DNA of 64,000 bases from Candidatus Magasanikiibacteriota bacterium (lineage in GTDB: Bacteria > Patescibacteriota > Patescibacteriia > Magasanikbacterales > UBA922), in the NCBI GenBank assembly GCA_049287025.1, contig JBAQFA010000051.1, forward strand, positions 65,697 to 129,696. Direction: 5' to 3'. Positions within the stretch are counted from its first letter, which is position 1. Every line of letters starts with the position of its first letter. The position numbers and the translations under genes were made by a program. The notes under the pieces are model-generated. The model was not told where the DNA came from, searched no databases, and saw only the letters and a program-made list of their open reading frames with translations. Shown here in pieces: positions 35,826 to 46,561 of this stretch.

Positions 35826-37331
35826 ATGTCAGATGAAAACAGAACAGGAGAACCACCCCGTTTTAAAATTGTTCCACCAGAACCATCTGTTGATGTTGTT
35901 GTAGTAGAAGAACCAGAAGGTGAAGAGGTAATGGAGTTACGAGAGAAGAGTCATAAAGTTGTGGCTGACATTACTAAGTGTCACGAGATTGTCGATTCTA
36001 TAACAGTTGAAAATTTATTTGATCCGTCTTGTGTTCCAGAAAATATAAAAAAATTAGAATTGGTCAAACAGGTACAAGATGAGGTTCACCAGACTTTGGA
36101 AGAAAATAATGATAATTTTTTTTCTTGTAAAGCATATTTAGAAGTCCATGATGCTAAAGTTTTGTTGAGTGCTTTAGAATTGTATGAAAAAATTAAACAA
36201 TTGTCATTAAAAAAAATTGGTCGCGAAAAACCAGATAGATTATCTGTTGAATATGATGTATGGTCGCTTTTAAATTCTAATGAGTTAAATTTGAAAGATT
36301 TACAATCTAGGCTAAATAATTTGTGTTATAGGAGTATAACCTCTAAGAATCCACATCCAGAGATTATTAAGGGTGTGCCAGATATGACTGGAGATAAAAA
36401 AGTTGATTATAAAATTGCTTTTGATACAATAAAACCTTTGTTTGAAGTTTTGACAAGGGTTAGAGATATACAGTTACGTAATGGTTTGGTAGACAAAGAC
36501 ACTCAGCTAGATCCTCTAGGAGTGGTTTTGGCAAAAATTATGAGTTATGGTCATGACAATACCGAAGCTTTACATCTAGCTTTGAGTCATTATGATGATG
36601 TCTCAGAAGCAGGTAAGAGAGAAATATTATTTTGGCTTCAACCTTTATTTGGTGAACAAAAAGCAGAAGGTGAGTTGGAAGAACGAATTAGGGAATATAA
36701 AAAGACCGAAGCAATCGGTGAATTGATGGCTCAATTACCAAACGTAGAAGCATTGTCACAATTTATTTATCAACATGTAGATAAAATTGCCATTGAACAC
36801 ACAACTGAACAACATGATTATCATGATAAAGAATACTTACTAAAGGCAATTTTAGAGTTGATTAAAGCTAATACTTTTTCTTCTGATTTACAAAATATAG
36901 GAATGGAAGGGGCATATGAAGCTTATAAGGCACAAGTGCATGAAAGGATAGAAGCAAAATTATCTGGCAGTATAAAAGAAATGAGACATCCTTTAACACG
37001 ACATGTTGGAGATTTTAATTTGCGTGAAACAGTGTCAGGCGACATAAAAAAAGAAATGATAGATGAGGCGGAATTTTTTGCTACAATGGGGCGTAATTAT
37101 AATTTGGTCGAAGCTTTGGAAAAAGGTTGGATATCAACTATTTGGTATTTTCAACGTACTTTTAAACCAGAACAGACAATTACGGCGGTAATTAAAATTG
37201 AAGAAGTGGACACTATTGTAAATACAACAGGCAAAGAATTGTTAGAGTATGTTGAAAATCGTCCAAGAGGTGTAAAAGATGAAAAATTAGATAAAATTAT
37301 TGAATATTTAAAAGAGCATGATGTGGTGTAA
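35826..37331 (+). CDS. Hypothetical acidic protein
   Basis: 501 aa. No recognisable domain. Tightly packed between mltG and queA. Confidence 0.5.
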   Translation: MSDENRTGEPPRFKIVPPEPSVDVVVVEEPEGEEVMELREKSHKVVADITKCHEIVDSITVENLFDPSCVPENIKKLELVKQVQDEVHQTLEENNDNFFSCKAYLEVHDAKVLLSALELYEKIKQLSLKKIGREKPDRLSVEYDVWSLLNSNELNLKDLQSRLNNLCYRSITSKNPHPEIIKGVPDMTGDKKVDYKIAFDTIKPLFEVLTRVRDIQLRNGLVDKDTQLDPLGVVLAKIMSYGHDNTEALHLALSHYDDVSEAGKREILFWLQPLFGEQKAEGELEERIREYKKTEAIGELMAQLPNVEALSQFIYQHVDKIAIEHTTEQHDYHDKEYLLKAILELIKANTFSSDLQNIGMEGAYEAYKAQVHERIEAKLSGSIKEMRHPLTRHVGDFNLRETVSGDIKKEMIDEAEFFATMGRNYNLVEALEKGWISTIWYFQRTFKPEQTITAVIKIEEVDTIVNTTGKELLEYVENRPRGVKDEKLDKIIEYLKEHDVV

Positions 37332-37336
37332 ATGTT

Positions 37337-38503
37337 ATGAACACATCAGACTTTGACTACAATTTACCTTTAGAATTAATTGCACAAAAACCAGTAGAGC
37401 CACGAGATTATTCACGGTTGTTTGTGGTTGATAGAAAAGAAATAGGAAAAGATCCTTCGGCGAAGTTTACCCCGATGAATATCGGGGCTCAGGACAAGCA
37501 TTTTTATGATATTATTGATTATCTAAAACCAGGTGATTTGATAGTTTGGAATAATTCCAAAGTTTTTAAAGCTAGATTATTTGGTGAATTAGAATCAACC
37601 AATAATCAAGAATTGTTTGAACATAAAAAAAAGATTGAAGTGTTTTTAGTTAGAGAAATGGAAAATAAAGGCGTATGGAAAGTTCTTGCTAAACCCGGTC
37701 GGCATGTGAGAGTGGGTATGAGAATTAGATTTTCAGAAGACTTTTATTGTGATGCTATGATTAAAGATCCAGAAGGAACTATTCTAGTGCAATTTCCATA
37801 TGATGCCGAGACAGTTATGAAGAAGGCGAATAAATATGGTCATATTCCAGTACCGCCATATGTAAAAGACGAACCAGATCAAATTGAAACTTACCAAACT
37901 GTTTATGCCAAAGACGAAGGGTCGGTCGCAGCACCAACAGCTGGTTTTCATTTTACCAAAGAACTAATTGAAAAGATAAAAGCCAAAGGCGTGGAGTTTG
38001 CTGAGGTGACTTTGCATGTTGGACTTGGAACTTTTTTACCAGTGAAATCAGAAAGAGTAGAAGATCACACTATGCATAGCGAGTGGATAGAATTGTCACA
38101 AGAAAATGCAGATAAGATTAATAAAGCCAAAGCTGAAGGTAGACGGGTGGTGGCGGTTGGTACTACGACTGTAAGAACTTTGGAAGGTGTGGCGCAAAAG
38201 TTTCTCCCCCTACCAGGGGGAGTTAGAGGGGGTCTGCAACCAGAAGGACCCCACCCAACCTCCCCTTATAGGGGAGGAGCTGTTCATGCCTACAAAGGAG
38301 ATATTAATATTTTCATCACCCCAGGTTTTGAATTTAAAGTTGTTGACGCAATGATTACTAATTTTCATTTACCAAAGTCTACCCTACTTATGTTAGTGAG
38401 TGCGTTTATTGGTGATCGGGAAAAGACTTTGGAAATATATAATCAAGCTGTGGCAGAAAAATATCGATTCTTTAGTTTTGGGGATGCAATGTTTATACAT
38501 TAG
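37337..38503 (+). CDS. queA: S-adenosylmethionine:tRNA ribosyltransferase-isomerase, with an ~28-aa in-frame insertion
   Basis: 'FDYNLPLELIAQKPVEPRDYSRL', 'VGTTTVRTLE', 'ITNFHLPKSTLLMLVSAF'. The insertion 'LPLPGGVRGGLQPEGPHPTSPYRGGA' is encoded by three GC-rich hairpins (38204-38277). Confidence 0.85.
   Translation: MNTSDFDYNLPLELIAQKPVEPRDYSRLFVVDRKEIGKDPSAKFTPMNIGAQDKHFYDIIDYLKPGDLIVWNNSKVFKARLFGELESTNNQELFEHKKKIEVFLVREMENKGVWKVLAKPGRHVRVGMRIRFSEDFYCDAMIKDPEGTILVQFPYDAETVMKKANKYGHIPVPPYVKDEPDQIETYQTVYAKDEGSVAAPTAGFHFTKELIEKIKAKGVEFAEVTLHVGLGTFLPVKSERVEDHTMHSEWIELSQENADKINKAKAEGRRVVAVGTTTVRTLEGVAQKFLPLPGGVRGGLQPEGPHPTSPYRGGAVHAYKGDINIFITPGFEFKVVDAMITNFHLPKSTLLMLVSAFIGDREKTLEIYNQAVAEKYRFFSFGDAMFIH
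38204..38277. repeat. Three consecutive GC-rich palindromes inserted in frame in queA
   Basis: ctcccccta-ccagggggag at 38204-38222, ggggtc...gacccc at 38229-38252, cctcccc-ttata-ggggagg at 38259-38277. About 65% GC within a 35% GC gene. Confidence 0.55.
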
Positions 38504-38533
38504 ACAGTCTCCAGCAAACAGTAGACATTATTT

Positions 38534-39028
38534 ATGAAAAAAGAGTTTGAAGAAAAATTTAAAAAGACTCTAGAATTTTTGGAAGATTCCAAAATAGAAA
38601 GTCCAAATAAGCCTGCTCTTCCCCATGTAAAAAGAGTCGGAGAATTTTTGTATAAAAAAGGTTTCAGTGATGAGGTTGTTAATGCTGGCTTACTGCATGA
38701 TTCTTTGGAATGGTCAGAGACTGGAGAAGATGATATTGAAAAGAAGTTTGGCAAGAGAATTTTGGAAATTGTAAAAGCCAATTCTAAAGATAGATCTATA
38801 GATGGTACAATGAACCGAGCAGTAGACATGATGGAAAGATGTAAAAAATTTGGTGATGATGCTTTGGCAGTCAAAGTGGCTGATGTGTTGGATAGCTGTA
38901 ATTATTATTTTGTACAAAAAAAGGAGAAAGAATTGATAACTTATAGAAAATTTGCAAAATTGTTATTAGAAAATTTGTCTGATAATTTAAAAAAGATTTT
39001 TTTGGAAGATTTAAAGATAGTTGAATAA
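38534..39028 (+). CDS. HD-domain phosphohydrolase
   Basis: 164 aa. 'HVKRVGEFL...NAGLLHDSLE' gives the H...HD motif. Confidence 0.6.
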   Translation: MKKEFEEKFKKTLEFLEDSKIESPNKPALPHVKRVGEFLYKKGFSDEVVNAGLLHDSLEWSETGEDDIEKKFGKRILEIVKANSKDRSIDGTMNRAVDMMERCKKFGDDALAVKVADVLDSCNYYFVQKKEKELITYRKFAKLLLENLSDNLKKIFLEDLKIVE

Positions 39029-39111
39029 AAAAGTAGTGTATTTACAAAAGTTTAATTTGTGTTATATTATCTATATTAGCATAATAAGACTAAGAAAATA
39101 ATTTAAAAAAT

Positions 39112-39603
39112 ATGTGTAGTCGAGAAGTAGACTTAAGTTTTGGAGAATTGGCTAGAAAAATAAAGTATGGGCCAAGACCTAGTACGGAAAAAATAGAACA
39201 AGATTTTTTTGGGGAAGGAAAAGAGCTTCCCCAGTCTTTTTTGGATAAAGTGACAGATTTTTTAATTAGAGAGGATCACTACTCGCCTAGACCAGGACAC
39301 CACAGAGTCTTCGATTCCATTTTTATGTTAGAAGGTCATAAAATTTTGGTTCACTATATATTGAGAGAACGTTTTGACCATAAGAATCAAACAGATGATT
39401 TGTTAACACATGATGGTATGGGCTATATTAGGATAGGAGAAGGAGAATTGCATAATAGTATGATAGAAATTGATGATAAAAATCCAGAAGTGGGAGAAAG
39501 AGAGACGCTGGGTCTAACCGATGATAATTTGGTTAAATTAATTAGGAAAGAGATGATCACTTATCTACGTAGTCTTGGAGAATTAGCTTTTAAAGAAAAA
39601 TAA
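39112..39603 (+). CDS. Hypothetical protein
   Basis: 163 aa. No recognisable domain. Confidence 0.45.
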   Translation: MCSREVDLSFGELARKIKYGPRPSTEKIEQDFFGEGKELPQSFLDKVTDFLIREDHYSPRPGHHRVFDSIFMLEGHKILVHYILRERFDHKNQTDDLLTHDGMGYIRIGEGELHNSMIEIDDKNPEVGERETLGLTDDNLVKLIRKEMITYLRSLGELAFKEK

Positions 39604-39607
39604 AAAA

Positions 39608-39630
39608 TCGGGGTATGAACCTCGGTTTTT
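39608..39630 (+). terminator. Rho-independent terminator (hairpin with loop tatgaa)
   Basis: tcgggg-tatgaa-cctcgg followed by T5. An inverted copy of the same hairpin lies at 40787. Confidence 0.55.
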
Positions 39631-39633
39631 AGT

Positions 39634-39662
39634 TTGACAAAACACGAAAAATGTGCTATAAT
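39634..39662 (+). promoter_or_regulatory. Perfect-consensus sigma70 promoter (TTGACA-17-TGnTATAAT)
   Basis: TTGACA at 39634-39639, 17-nt spacer with TG at 39654-39655, TATAAT at 39657-39662. Lies 54 bp upstream of the TSP3 gene. Confidence 0.55.
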
Positions 39663-39715
39663 ATCTCTAGTTTTTAAATAAAATTGGCTAAATAAAGCCA
39701 AATAATTAGAAAAAT

Positions 39716-40321
39716 ATGAAAGAAGGACCATGGTTTAAAACGGCGGCTAAATTTGTCATACCATTGGTTGGATTAGGAATGGCAAGCCCAAATGCTGAAG
39801 GAAGAGAGCTTAAGTTTGAAAAAAATAAAGCTTCATATGCTATTGACCCCGATGGTGATGGTGTACCATCTGTACGTGAGGACTCAGAGGGTCGACTGGT
39901 TAGAGGTGATAATTGTCCAAAAAAGCCCAATCCTGACCAATCGGATGCTGATTATGATGGTGTTGGAAATGCATGTGACAATTGCCCTGAGGAAAGAAAT
40001 CGAAGGGAGAATCCTGGTGAGAGTAAAAGATACCGGGTGGGAGGGGATGGTTCTATCATTGGTGATCCTTATGAAATATTTGAGAAAGCTAAACAGCCAG
40101 ATAAAGATGGTGACGGTATCGGCGATGAATGTGATTTTGATGGCAATGATGTGGATGGTGATGGCATTATTAATGGCGCTGATAATTGTCCACATAATCC
40201 GAACAAGGGTCAATCAAATTTGGACCACGATGGTCTTGGTGATGCATGTGATGACGATGCTGATGGGGATGAAATTTCTAAAAAGAATGATAGAAATGAC
40301 TTAGATCCAAATAAATTTTAA
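39716..40321 (+). CDS. Thrombospondin type 3 repeat (calcium-binding) protein, secreted
   Basis: 201 aa. N-terminal hydrophobic signal. Repeated 'DNCPxxPNxDQSDxDxDGxGxACD' units, e.g. 'GDNCPKKPNPDQSDADYDGVGNACDNCP', 'DKDGDGIGDECD', 'DNCPHNPNKGQSNLDHDGLGDACDDD'. Confidence 0.7.
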   Translation: MKEGPWFKTAAKFVIPLVGLGMASPNAEGRELKFEKNKASYAIDPDGDGVPSVREDSEGRLVRGDNCPKKPNPDQSDADYDGVGNACDNCPEERNRRENPGESKRYRVGGDGSIIGDPYEIFEKAKQPDKDGDGIGDECDFDGNDVDGDGIINGADNCPHNPNKGQSNLDHDGLGDACDDDADGDEISKKNDRNDLDPNKF

Positions 40322-40356
40322 AATTATTTTATATTAATTCAGTCAATTATAAAAAT

Positions 40357-40779
40357 ATGGGAAATCCTACACAAGAAGGAATAAATCCAAGTGCTCGAGA
40401 AGTTGAAGGAGCTTTTTTTGGGACAGATTCTCGTGGAAAAAAATATCAACCTTTAGAAACTGATGAGGAAATTTTCGTTAGAGAAAGAGCAAAAAAAGTA
40501 AGTAGATTGAAAGAATTGTTAAGATATTGGAATAATGGAATTGATGATTTTGATATCACTACACGTCCGGTAATTGATGACGACGTAGAAAAACTTGTAT
40601 CTGGTGGATATCCTATGGCGGTAGCGGAAACTGCTGAATGTTTAAGATTTTTAAAACACGATTGTGGTATGAGTGAAAATGATGTCAAAAATTCACTTGT
40701 AGGTGTGACTCCTATTAATTCCAATTGGTTTGACAGAGACTTAGAAAAACACATTTTAGAAGTGTACAGAGAAATTTAA
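40357..40779 (+). CDS. Hypothetical protein
   Basis: 140 aa. No recognisable domain. Confidence 0.45.
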   Translation: MGNPTQEGINPSAREVEGAFFGTDSRGKKYQPLETDEEIFVRERAKKVSRLKELLRYWNNGIDDFDITTRPVIDDDVEKLVSGGYPMAVAETAECLRFLKHDCGMSENDVKNSLVGVTPINSNWFDRDLEKHILEVYREI

Positions 40780-40786
40780 ATAAAAT

Positions 40787-40810
40787 CCGAGGTTCATACC
40801 TCGGTTTTTT
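40787..40810. terminator. Bidirectional terminator (hairpin with loop ttcata, inverted copy of the one at 39608)
   Basis: ccgagg-ttcata-cctcgg followed by T6. Serves the convergent genes at 40357 (+) and 40840 (-). Confidence 0.55.
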
Positions 40811-40839
40811 GTTTTATTGTGTTACTCTGTTGTTCTGTT

Positions 40840-41511
40840 CTAAGTGTTCAAATGTAATGGATTAAAATTTGTATCCTTATCAAAAAAATCTTCATTTTCT
40901 TTTTTCTTTAGGAAATTGACCACACGGTAGGTGAGAGGTAAGAAAATAATTTCAATCCCAACTTTGAAAATGTAGTTTGATATCCAAATAATCCAAATCA
41001 AGTCCCAAGGCAAGACTCCTGCAAAGGCGATGAGTAAAAATATAGTAGTGTCAAAGAATTCACCAACCAATGTGGAACCTATGGCACGGAGCCAAAAATA
41101 TTTACCAGCGGTTTTTACTTTTAATTTTGCCAAAATATAACTATTTAAAAATTCACCAATTAAATAAGCACATAAACTTCCCAATACTATTCTAGGTACG
41201 ACACCAAGGATTGCATCATAGGCGCCTTGGTTACCCCAATCCATGGCAGGAGGAAGAATACCTACAACAAAAAAAGTGAAGACCATTAATAAATTCATGA
41301 TAAAGCCAGTCCAGATAACTCGTCTGGAGTTGGCATAGCCATAGACCTCTGTAAGAACATCACCAAATATATAGGCTAGAGGAAAAAGAATTGTGCCACC
41401 ATCAAAACTAAACCAGCCGAGTGATAAAATTTTACTACTGGCGATGTTAGATAGGATTAGGACGACTGAGAATAATGTGGTGATGAAGGCGAGGTATTTG
41501 TATTGTTTCAT
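40840..41511 (-). CDS. Queuosine-precursor transporter, YhhQ/COG1738 family
   Basis: 223 aa, about 6 TM. 'FDGGTILFPLAYIFGDVLTEVYGYANSRRVIW' matches the YhhQ signature. Confidence 0.7.
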   Translation of the reverse strand: MKQYKYLAFITTLFSVVLILSNIASSKILSLGWFSFDGGTILFPLAYIFGDVLTEVYGYANSRRVIWTGFIMNLLMVFTFFVVGILPPAMDWGNQGAYDAILGVVPRIVLGSLCAYLIGEFLNSYILAKLKVKTAGKYFWLRAIGSTLVGEFFDTTIFLLIAFAGVLPWDLIWIIWISNYIFKVGIEIIFLPLTYRVVNFLKKKENEDFFDKDTNFNPLHLNT

Positions 41512-41661
41512 AAATTTTAACTATCCAGATATCCGGATAATCCAGATTTACGGATAAATTAATGAATAAAAAAAAGATGAGCACCGAGCCATCTAATGTC
41601 ACCTTGATGGGGTAATAAATTATGGAAGTATTATATGGAAAAAAATTTATTTTGTCAATAA

Positions 41662-42885
<1,224 letters not shown>

Positions 42886-42937
42886 TTATTTACCAATTTT
42901 ATATTATTTTGCAATAAATTTCAAGGTGTGGTAAGAT

Positions 42938-43588
42938 TTGTTTGTTAATCATAATTTTATGCAGAGAAATCGAATTGAAATGGGTGACTTTAAAAAAGAG
43001 ATGGGTGTTGCTCCACATGTTTCTTTTAAAGGACAAAAACATAAAGAAATATTATTTGAAAATAATCCAGCAAAATATCCTCCGGAAGCATATCCAGCCG
43101 AGAATACACCTTTTGGTAATATAAATATAGAAGAAAATCCAGTTATTGAAATTGCAATGAAACAAGGTTTGATCATGATTTTGGATGATGGTAGGGCATG
43201 GGTGACTATTAAAGGAAAAGAATTTTTAGAATGTCATAATAAAAAAAATTTTGAAAATGGTTATTTTGACGGTCAAGACAGAGTGCCTTTTTTTGGTAGG
43301 CTTGATAAAAAAGATATTGAAAATAATGGTTATTTAAAATGGGGTTTAGAAAATGGCCTGTTGGAACAAGAGGGTGAGGGAGAAATTAAAGTTAAAGTTC
43401 CAGAAGGATATGAATTTTTGAATACTCTTAAAAATTTAAATACAGCGTTTGCTGTTGATGGCGATAAATACGCTTATAGTAAATTCACAGATGCTGGTGG
43501 TACGTTGGCTCAGAGGGCAAAAGAGCGTAAACGTGATCAGAGGGATAAATATAGACAAACATTGGAAAAAATTTTAAAGGGCCGATAA
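42938..43588 (+). CDS. Hypothetical protein
   Basis: 216 aa. No recognisable domain. Confidence 0.45.
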   Translation: MFVNHNFMQRNRIEMGDFKKEMGVAPHVSFKGQKHKEILFENNPAKYPPEAYPAENTPFGNINIEENPVIEIAMKQGLIMILDDGRAWVTIKGKEFLECHNKKNFENGYFDGQDRVPFFGRLDKKDIENNGYLKWGLENGLLEQEGEGEIKVKVPEGYEFLNTLKNLNTAFAVDGDKYAYSKFTDAGGTLAQRAKERKRDQRDKYRQTLEKILKGR

Positions 43589-43599
43589 GCCCTTTTTTT
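43577..43599 (+). terminator. Rho-independent terminator overlapping the stop codon
   Basis: aagggc-cgataa-gccctt followed by T5. Confidence 0.55.
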
Positions 43600-43609
43600 A
43601 TTATCTTTT

Positions 43610-44464
43610 TTGTTCTACAATATAAGAATGAGAGAATACTTTTGGTTTAATATAATGTGCTTATCAATCTCAGTGTTTTGTGGACTGGGGACGTTTTTGA
43701 TTTGGCAGAATTTTTTAAATACTGAGTCATTTGTTCATTATACAATTACATCACAAATTGAAGTAGAAGATCAAAAGACTAAAAGATCAGAAGATCAAGT
43801 AATTTTGAATAAAGATCTTCCGATCTTGCGATCTTCTACTCTTGACATAGCAAGTACAACAAAAAATAAAAAAATTATTGAACTACCAAAACAATACAAC
43901 CTCGCCGTCCCATTTACTTCCCAAGCGCCAGAAAAGAATTGGGATCAGCCGTGGCAGGATGCTTGCGAAGAAGCAGCACTTCTGATGTTGGATGCTTATT
44001 ATAAAAATTATAAATTGAGTCCTTTATTTGCCAAGGATGAAATTTTGAAAATGGTAAAGTGGGAGGAAAATAAAGGCTGGGGGAGAAGTATTGAAATAGA
44101 AAAGATAAAACAGGTAGCAGAGGAATACTTAAAAATTTCCAATTTCCAATTTCCAATTTCCAAACTCGTGATTATTGAAAATCCCACAGTTGAAGATATT
44201 AAAAAATCGATTGCCAATGATAATCCAGTGTTAGTCGTGGCCGATGGAAAAGCTTTACCCAATCCACATTTTCAAAATGGTGGTCCAGAGTATCACGCCT
44301 TAATTATTCGTGGCTATACTGAAACCAAATTTATTACCAATGATCCGGGTACACAGTTTGGTGAAGCGTTTGAATATGAGTATGATGATTTGATGGATGC
44401 GATTAGAGATTGGAATAATGGAGATGTGAAGAATGGACGCAGAGTAATTTTGGTGATAGAATAA
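43610..44464 (+). CDS. Peptidase C39-like (papain-fold) domain protein, membrane-anchored, with in-frame repeat insertions
   Basis: 284 aa. N-terminal TM helix. 'VPFTSQAPEKNWDQPWQDACEEAALLMLDAYY' fits the Peptidase_C39_2 pattern. Family-A element at 43766-43840, tttccaa x4 at 44135-44163. Confidence 0.5.
   Translation: MFYNIRMREYFWFNIMCLSISVFCGLGTFLIWQNFLNTESFVHYTITSQIEVEDQKTKRSEDQVILNKDLPILRSSTLDIASTTKNKKIIELPKQYNLAVPFTSQAPEKNWDQPWQDACEEAALLMLDAYYKNYKLSPLFAKDEILKMVKWEENKGWGRSIEIEKIKQVAEEYLKISNFQFPISKLVIIENPTVEDIKKSIANDNPVLVVADGKALPNPHFQNGGPEYHALIIRGYTETKFITNDPGTQFGEAFEYEYDDLMDAIRDWNNGDVKNGRRVILVIE
43766..43840. repeat. Family A palindromic element inserted in frame in the C39-like gene
   Basis: gaagatcaaaagactaaaagatcagaagatcaag ... 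aaagatcttccgatcttgcgatcttc. Encodes 'EDQKTKRSEDQVILNKDLPILRSS'. Confidence 0.5.
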
Positions 44465-44471
44465 GGCAACT

Positions 44472-46505
44472 ATGATTGATTTTCAACAAGAACTAAATGA
44501 TGAACAATTAAAAGTCGTTACCAATGGTGATGGACCTTGTTTAGTTTTGGCTGGGGCGGGATCTGGTAAAACACGCACGATTACTTATCGCGTAGCCTAT
44601 TTATCAGAACAAGATGTAAAGCCAGAAAATATTTTACTAGTAACTTTTACGAATAAGGCAGCACGGGAAATGCTAGAGAGAGTAAAGGTGTTAACTGGTG
44701 GTGATATTCATTTGCCATGGGCGGGGACGTTTCATCATATTGGTTATAGATTACTGAAAAAATATGCGACTCTGATTGGCTACAAAAATAATTTTTCTGT
44801 ATTAGATAGTGAAGATAGTTTGGATTTGATTAAACTTTGTCTTAAAAATGAAGGTATTGATCGAAAAGAAAAACGATTTCCTTCCCCAGCTGTGGTTCAG
44901 GCAATTATTTCTTATGCGCGGAATTCAGAAACCACGATTGCTGATGTTTTGGATTTGAAGTATGAACATTTTTTATATATCAGTGATATAATTGTTAGAA
45001 TTGCTGAAGATTATCAAAAAAGAAAAATAGCTGCGAATGTGATGGATTTTGATGATCTACTGGTGAATTGGTATATGTTGTTAGTTAAGGAACAAGGAGT
45101 AAGGAGTAAGTTAGCCGAACAATTTGAATATATTTTGGTTGATGAATATCAGGATACAAATAAAATTCAGGCCTCAATAATAAATTTATTAGCTTCTAAA
45201 CATAATAATTTATTGGTCGTGGGTGACGATGCTCAGAGCATTTATTCTTTTCGAGCGGCTGATATACAGAATATCTTAGCGTTTGAAAAAAAATATAGTC
45301 AAGCTAAAATTTTTAAATTGGAAACTAACTATCGCTCTACGCCAGATATTTTGGATTTGGCCAATGATATTATCGCGAATAATCTAAAGCAATATGAAAA
45401 GAATTTAAAAGCCATTAATACTAATTTTACTAAACCAGAACTGATTGCTTTTGCTAGTCAGGCCGAAGAAGCGCAATTTATAGTGCAAAGAATTAAAGAA
45501 TTGGAAAATGAAGGTATAGACCTAAATAAAATCGCCGTATTATTTCGTGCAGCTTATCATTCCCAAGCTTTGGAAATGGAACTGGTAAAACGGGGGGTTG
45601 ACTATGATTATCGTGGCGGAGTAAGATTTTTTGATCGAGCGCATGTCAAAGACGTTTTGGCTTATTTGCGGATTATAAATAATATTGCCGACGAGGTGGC
45701 TTGGCGGAGAGTTTTAAATATGCAAATTGGCATCGGCCCAACTTGGGCAGAGCGGATACTGTCATTAATTATTCAGAATCCAGAATTAGCAAATGACCTG
45801 TCTCATGTTGGTGCACAATTGCCAGCCAAAGCTCAGGTAGGGTGGAATGATTTTTTACAGATTTATGAAAGATTAATGTTAGTTGAAAATAAAAATCCAG
45901 GTGATCTTATTCTTGCAGTATTAGAATCTAAATATACAGAATATATTGAAAATGAATATCCAGATTATCGTGAACGTTTGGAAGATATAAAACAATTATC
46001 TTTATTTTCAAAAAATGAAACCGAACTAGATAAGTTTTTGGCTGAGGCTACGTTGCAAGAGAATTTTCGTTCACTTACCCCCGGCCAATCTCTCAAAGAA
46101 AGAGAGGAGAAAATTGTTCTTTCTACGATTCATCAGGCCAAGGGTTTGGAATGGGAGGCAGTGTTTGTGTTGGGTTTGTCAGCTGGACAATTTCCCAATG
46201 ATCGGGCTTTGCGTGAGCGTGATGGTATAGAAGAAGAAAGGCGTTTGTTTTATGTAGCAGTCACTCGCGCTAAAAAATATTTATATCTTACATATTCATT
46301 TGGTGGTGGATGGGGTGATTCTTTGGCTGGACCAAGTATGTTTATTGATGAGCTTAATAAAAAATTAGTGTCGGCCGAAGGTGTTGGAGGAGGAAATGTG
46401 TTTGAAGATTTTGATGATGAAGTGGAATATATAGATGAAGATTCTCAAATTATAGATAGTAAAAAGTTTCCTGGGAGTTTTTTGAAAGATTTGGGTGAGT
46501 TGTAA
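44472..46505 (+). CDS. ATP-dependent DNA helicase, UvrD/PcrA/Rep family
   Basis: 677 aa. Walker A 'LAGAGSGKTRT', 'LLVTFTNKAAREM', 'LVDEYQDTN', 'VGDDAQSIYSFRAAD', 'STIHQAKGLEWEAVFV'. Confidence 0.85.
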   Translation: MIDFQQELNDEQLKVVTNGDGPCLVLAGAGSGKTRTITYRVAYLSEQDVKPENILLVTFTNKAAREMLERVKVLTGGDIHLPWAGTFHHIGYRLLKKYATLIGYKNNFSVLDSEDSLDLIKLCLKNEGIDRKEKRFPSPAVVQAIISYARNSETTIADVLDLKYEHFLYISDIIVRIAEDYQKRKIAANVMDFDDLLVNWYMLLVKEQGVRSKLAEQFEYILVDEYQDTNKIQASIINLLASKHNNLLVVGDDAQSIYSFRAADIQNILAFEKKYSQAKIFKLETNYRSTPDILDLANDIIANNLKQYEKNLKAINTNFTKPELIAFASQAEEAQFIVQRIKELENEGIDLNKIAVLFRAAYHSQALEMELVKRGVDYDYRGGVRFFDRAHVKDVLAYLRIINNIADEVAWRRVLNMQIGIGPTWAERILSLIIQNPELANDLSHVGAQLPAKAQVGWNDFLQIYERLMLVENKNPGDLILAVLESKYTEYIENEYPDYRERLEDIKQLSLFSKNETELDKFLAEATLQENFRSLTPGQSLKEREEKIVLSTIHQAKGLEWEAVFVLGLSAGQFPNDRALRERDGIEEERRLFYVAVTRAKKYLYLTYSFGGGWGDSLAGPSMFIDELNKKLVSAEGVGGGNVFEDFDDEVEYIDEDSQIIDSKKFPGSFLKDLGEL

Positions 46506-46561
46506 ATTGTATTATTGAATTTATAATAATAAAAACAGCCTTTGTGGGGTTGTTTTTTTGT

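Noticed and set aside
39792-40304. 170-aa alternative-frame ORF inside the TSP3 gene
   Set aside because: Its Met/Val/Leu-rich nonsense translation lacks features. The annotated frame shows repeated DNCPxNPNQSDxDxDGxGDxCD motifs.
43610-46505. Defence-system reading of the C39-like peptidase plus UvrD-like helicase pair
   Set aside because: The helicase has the full PcrA/UvrD motif set and a length typical of the housekeeping enzyme. No nuclease or other defence partner is adjacent.
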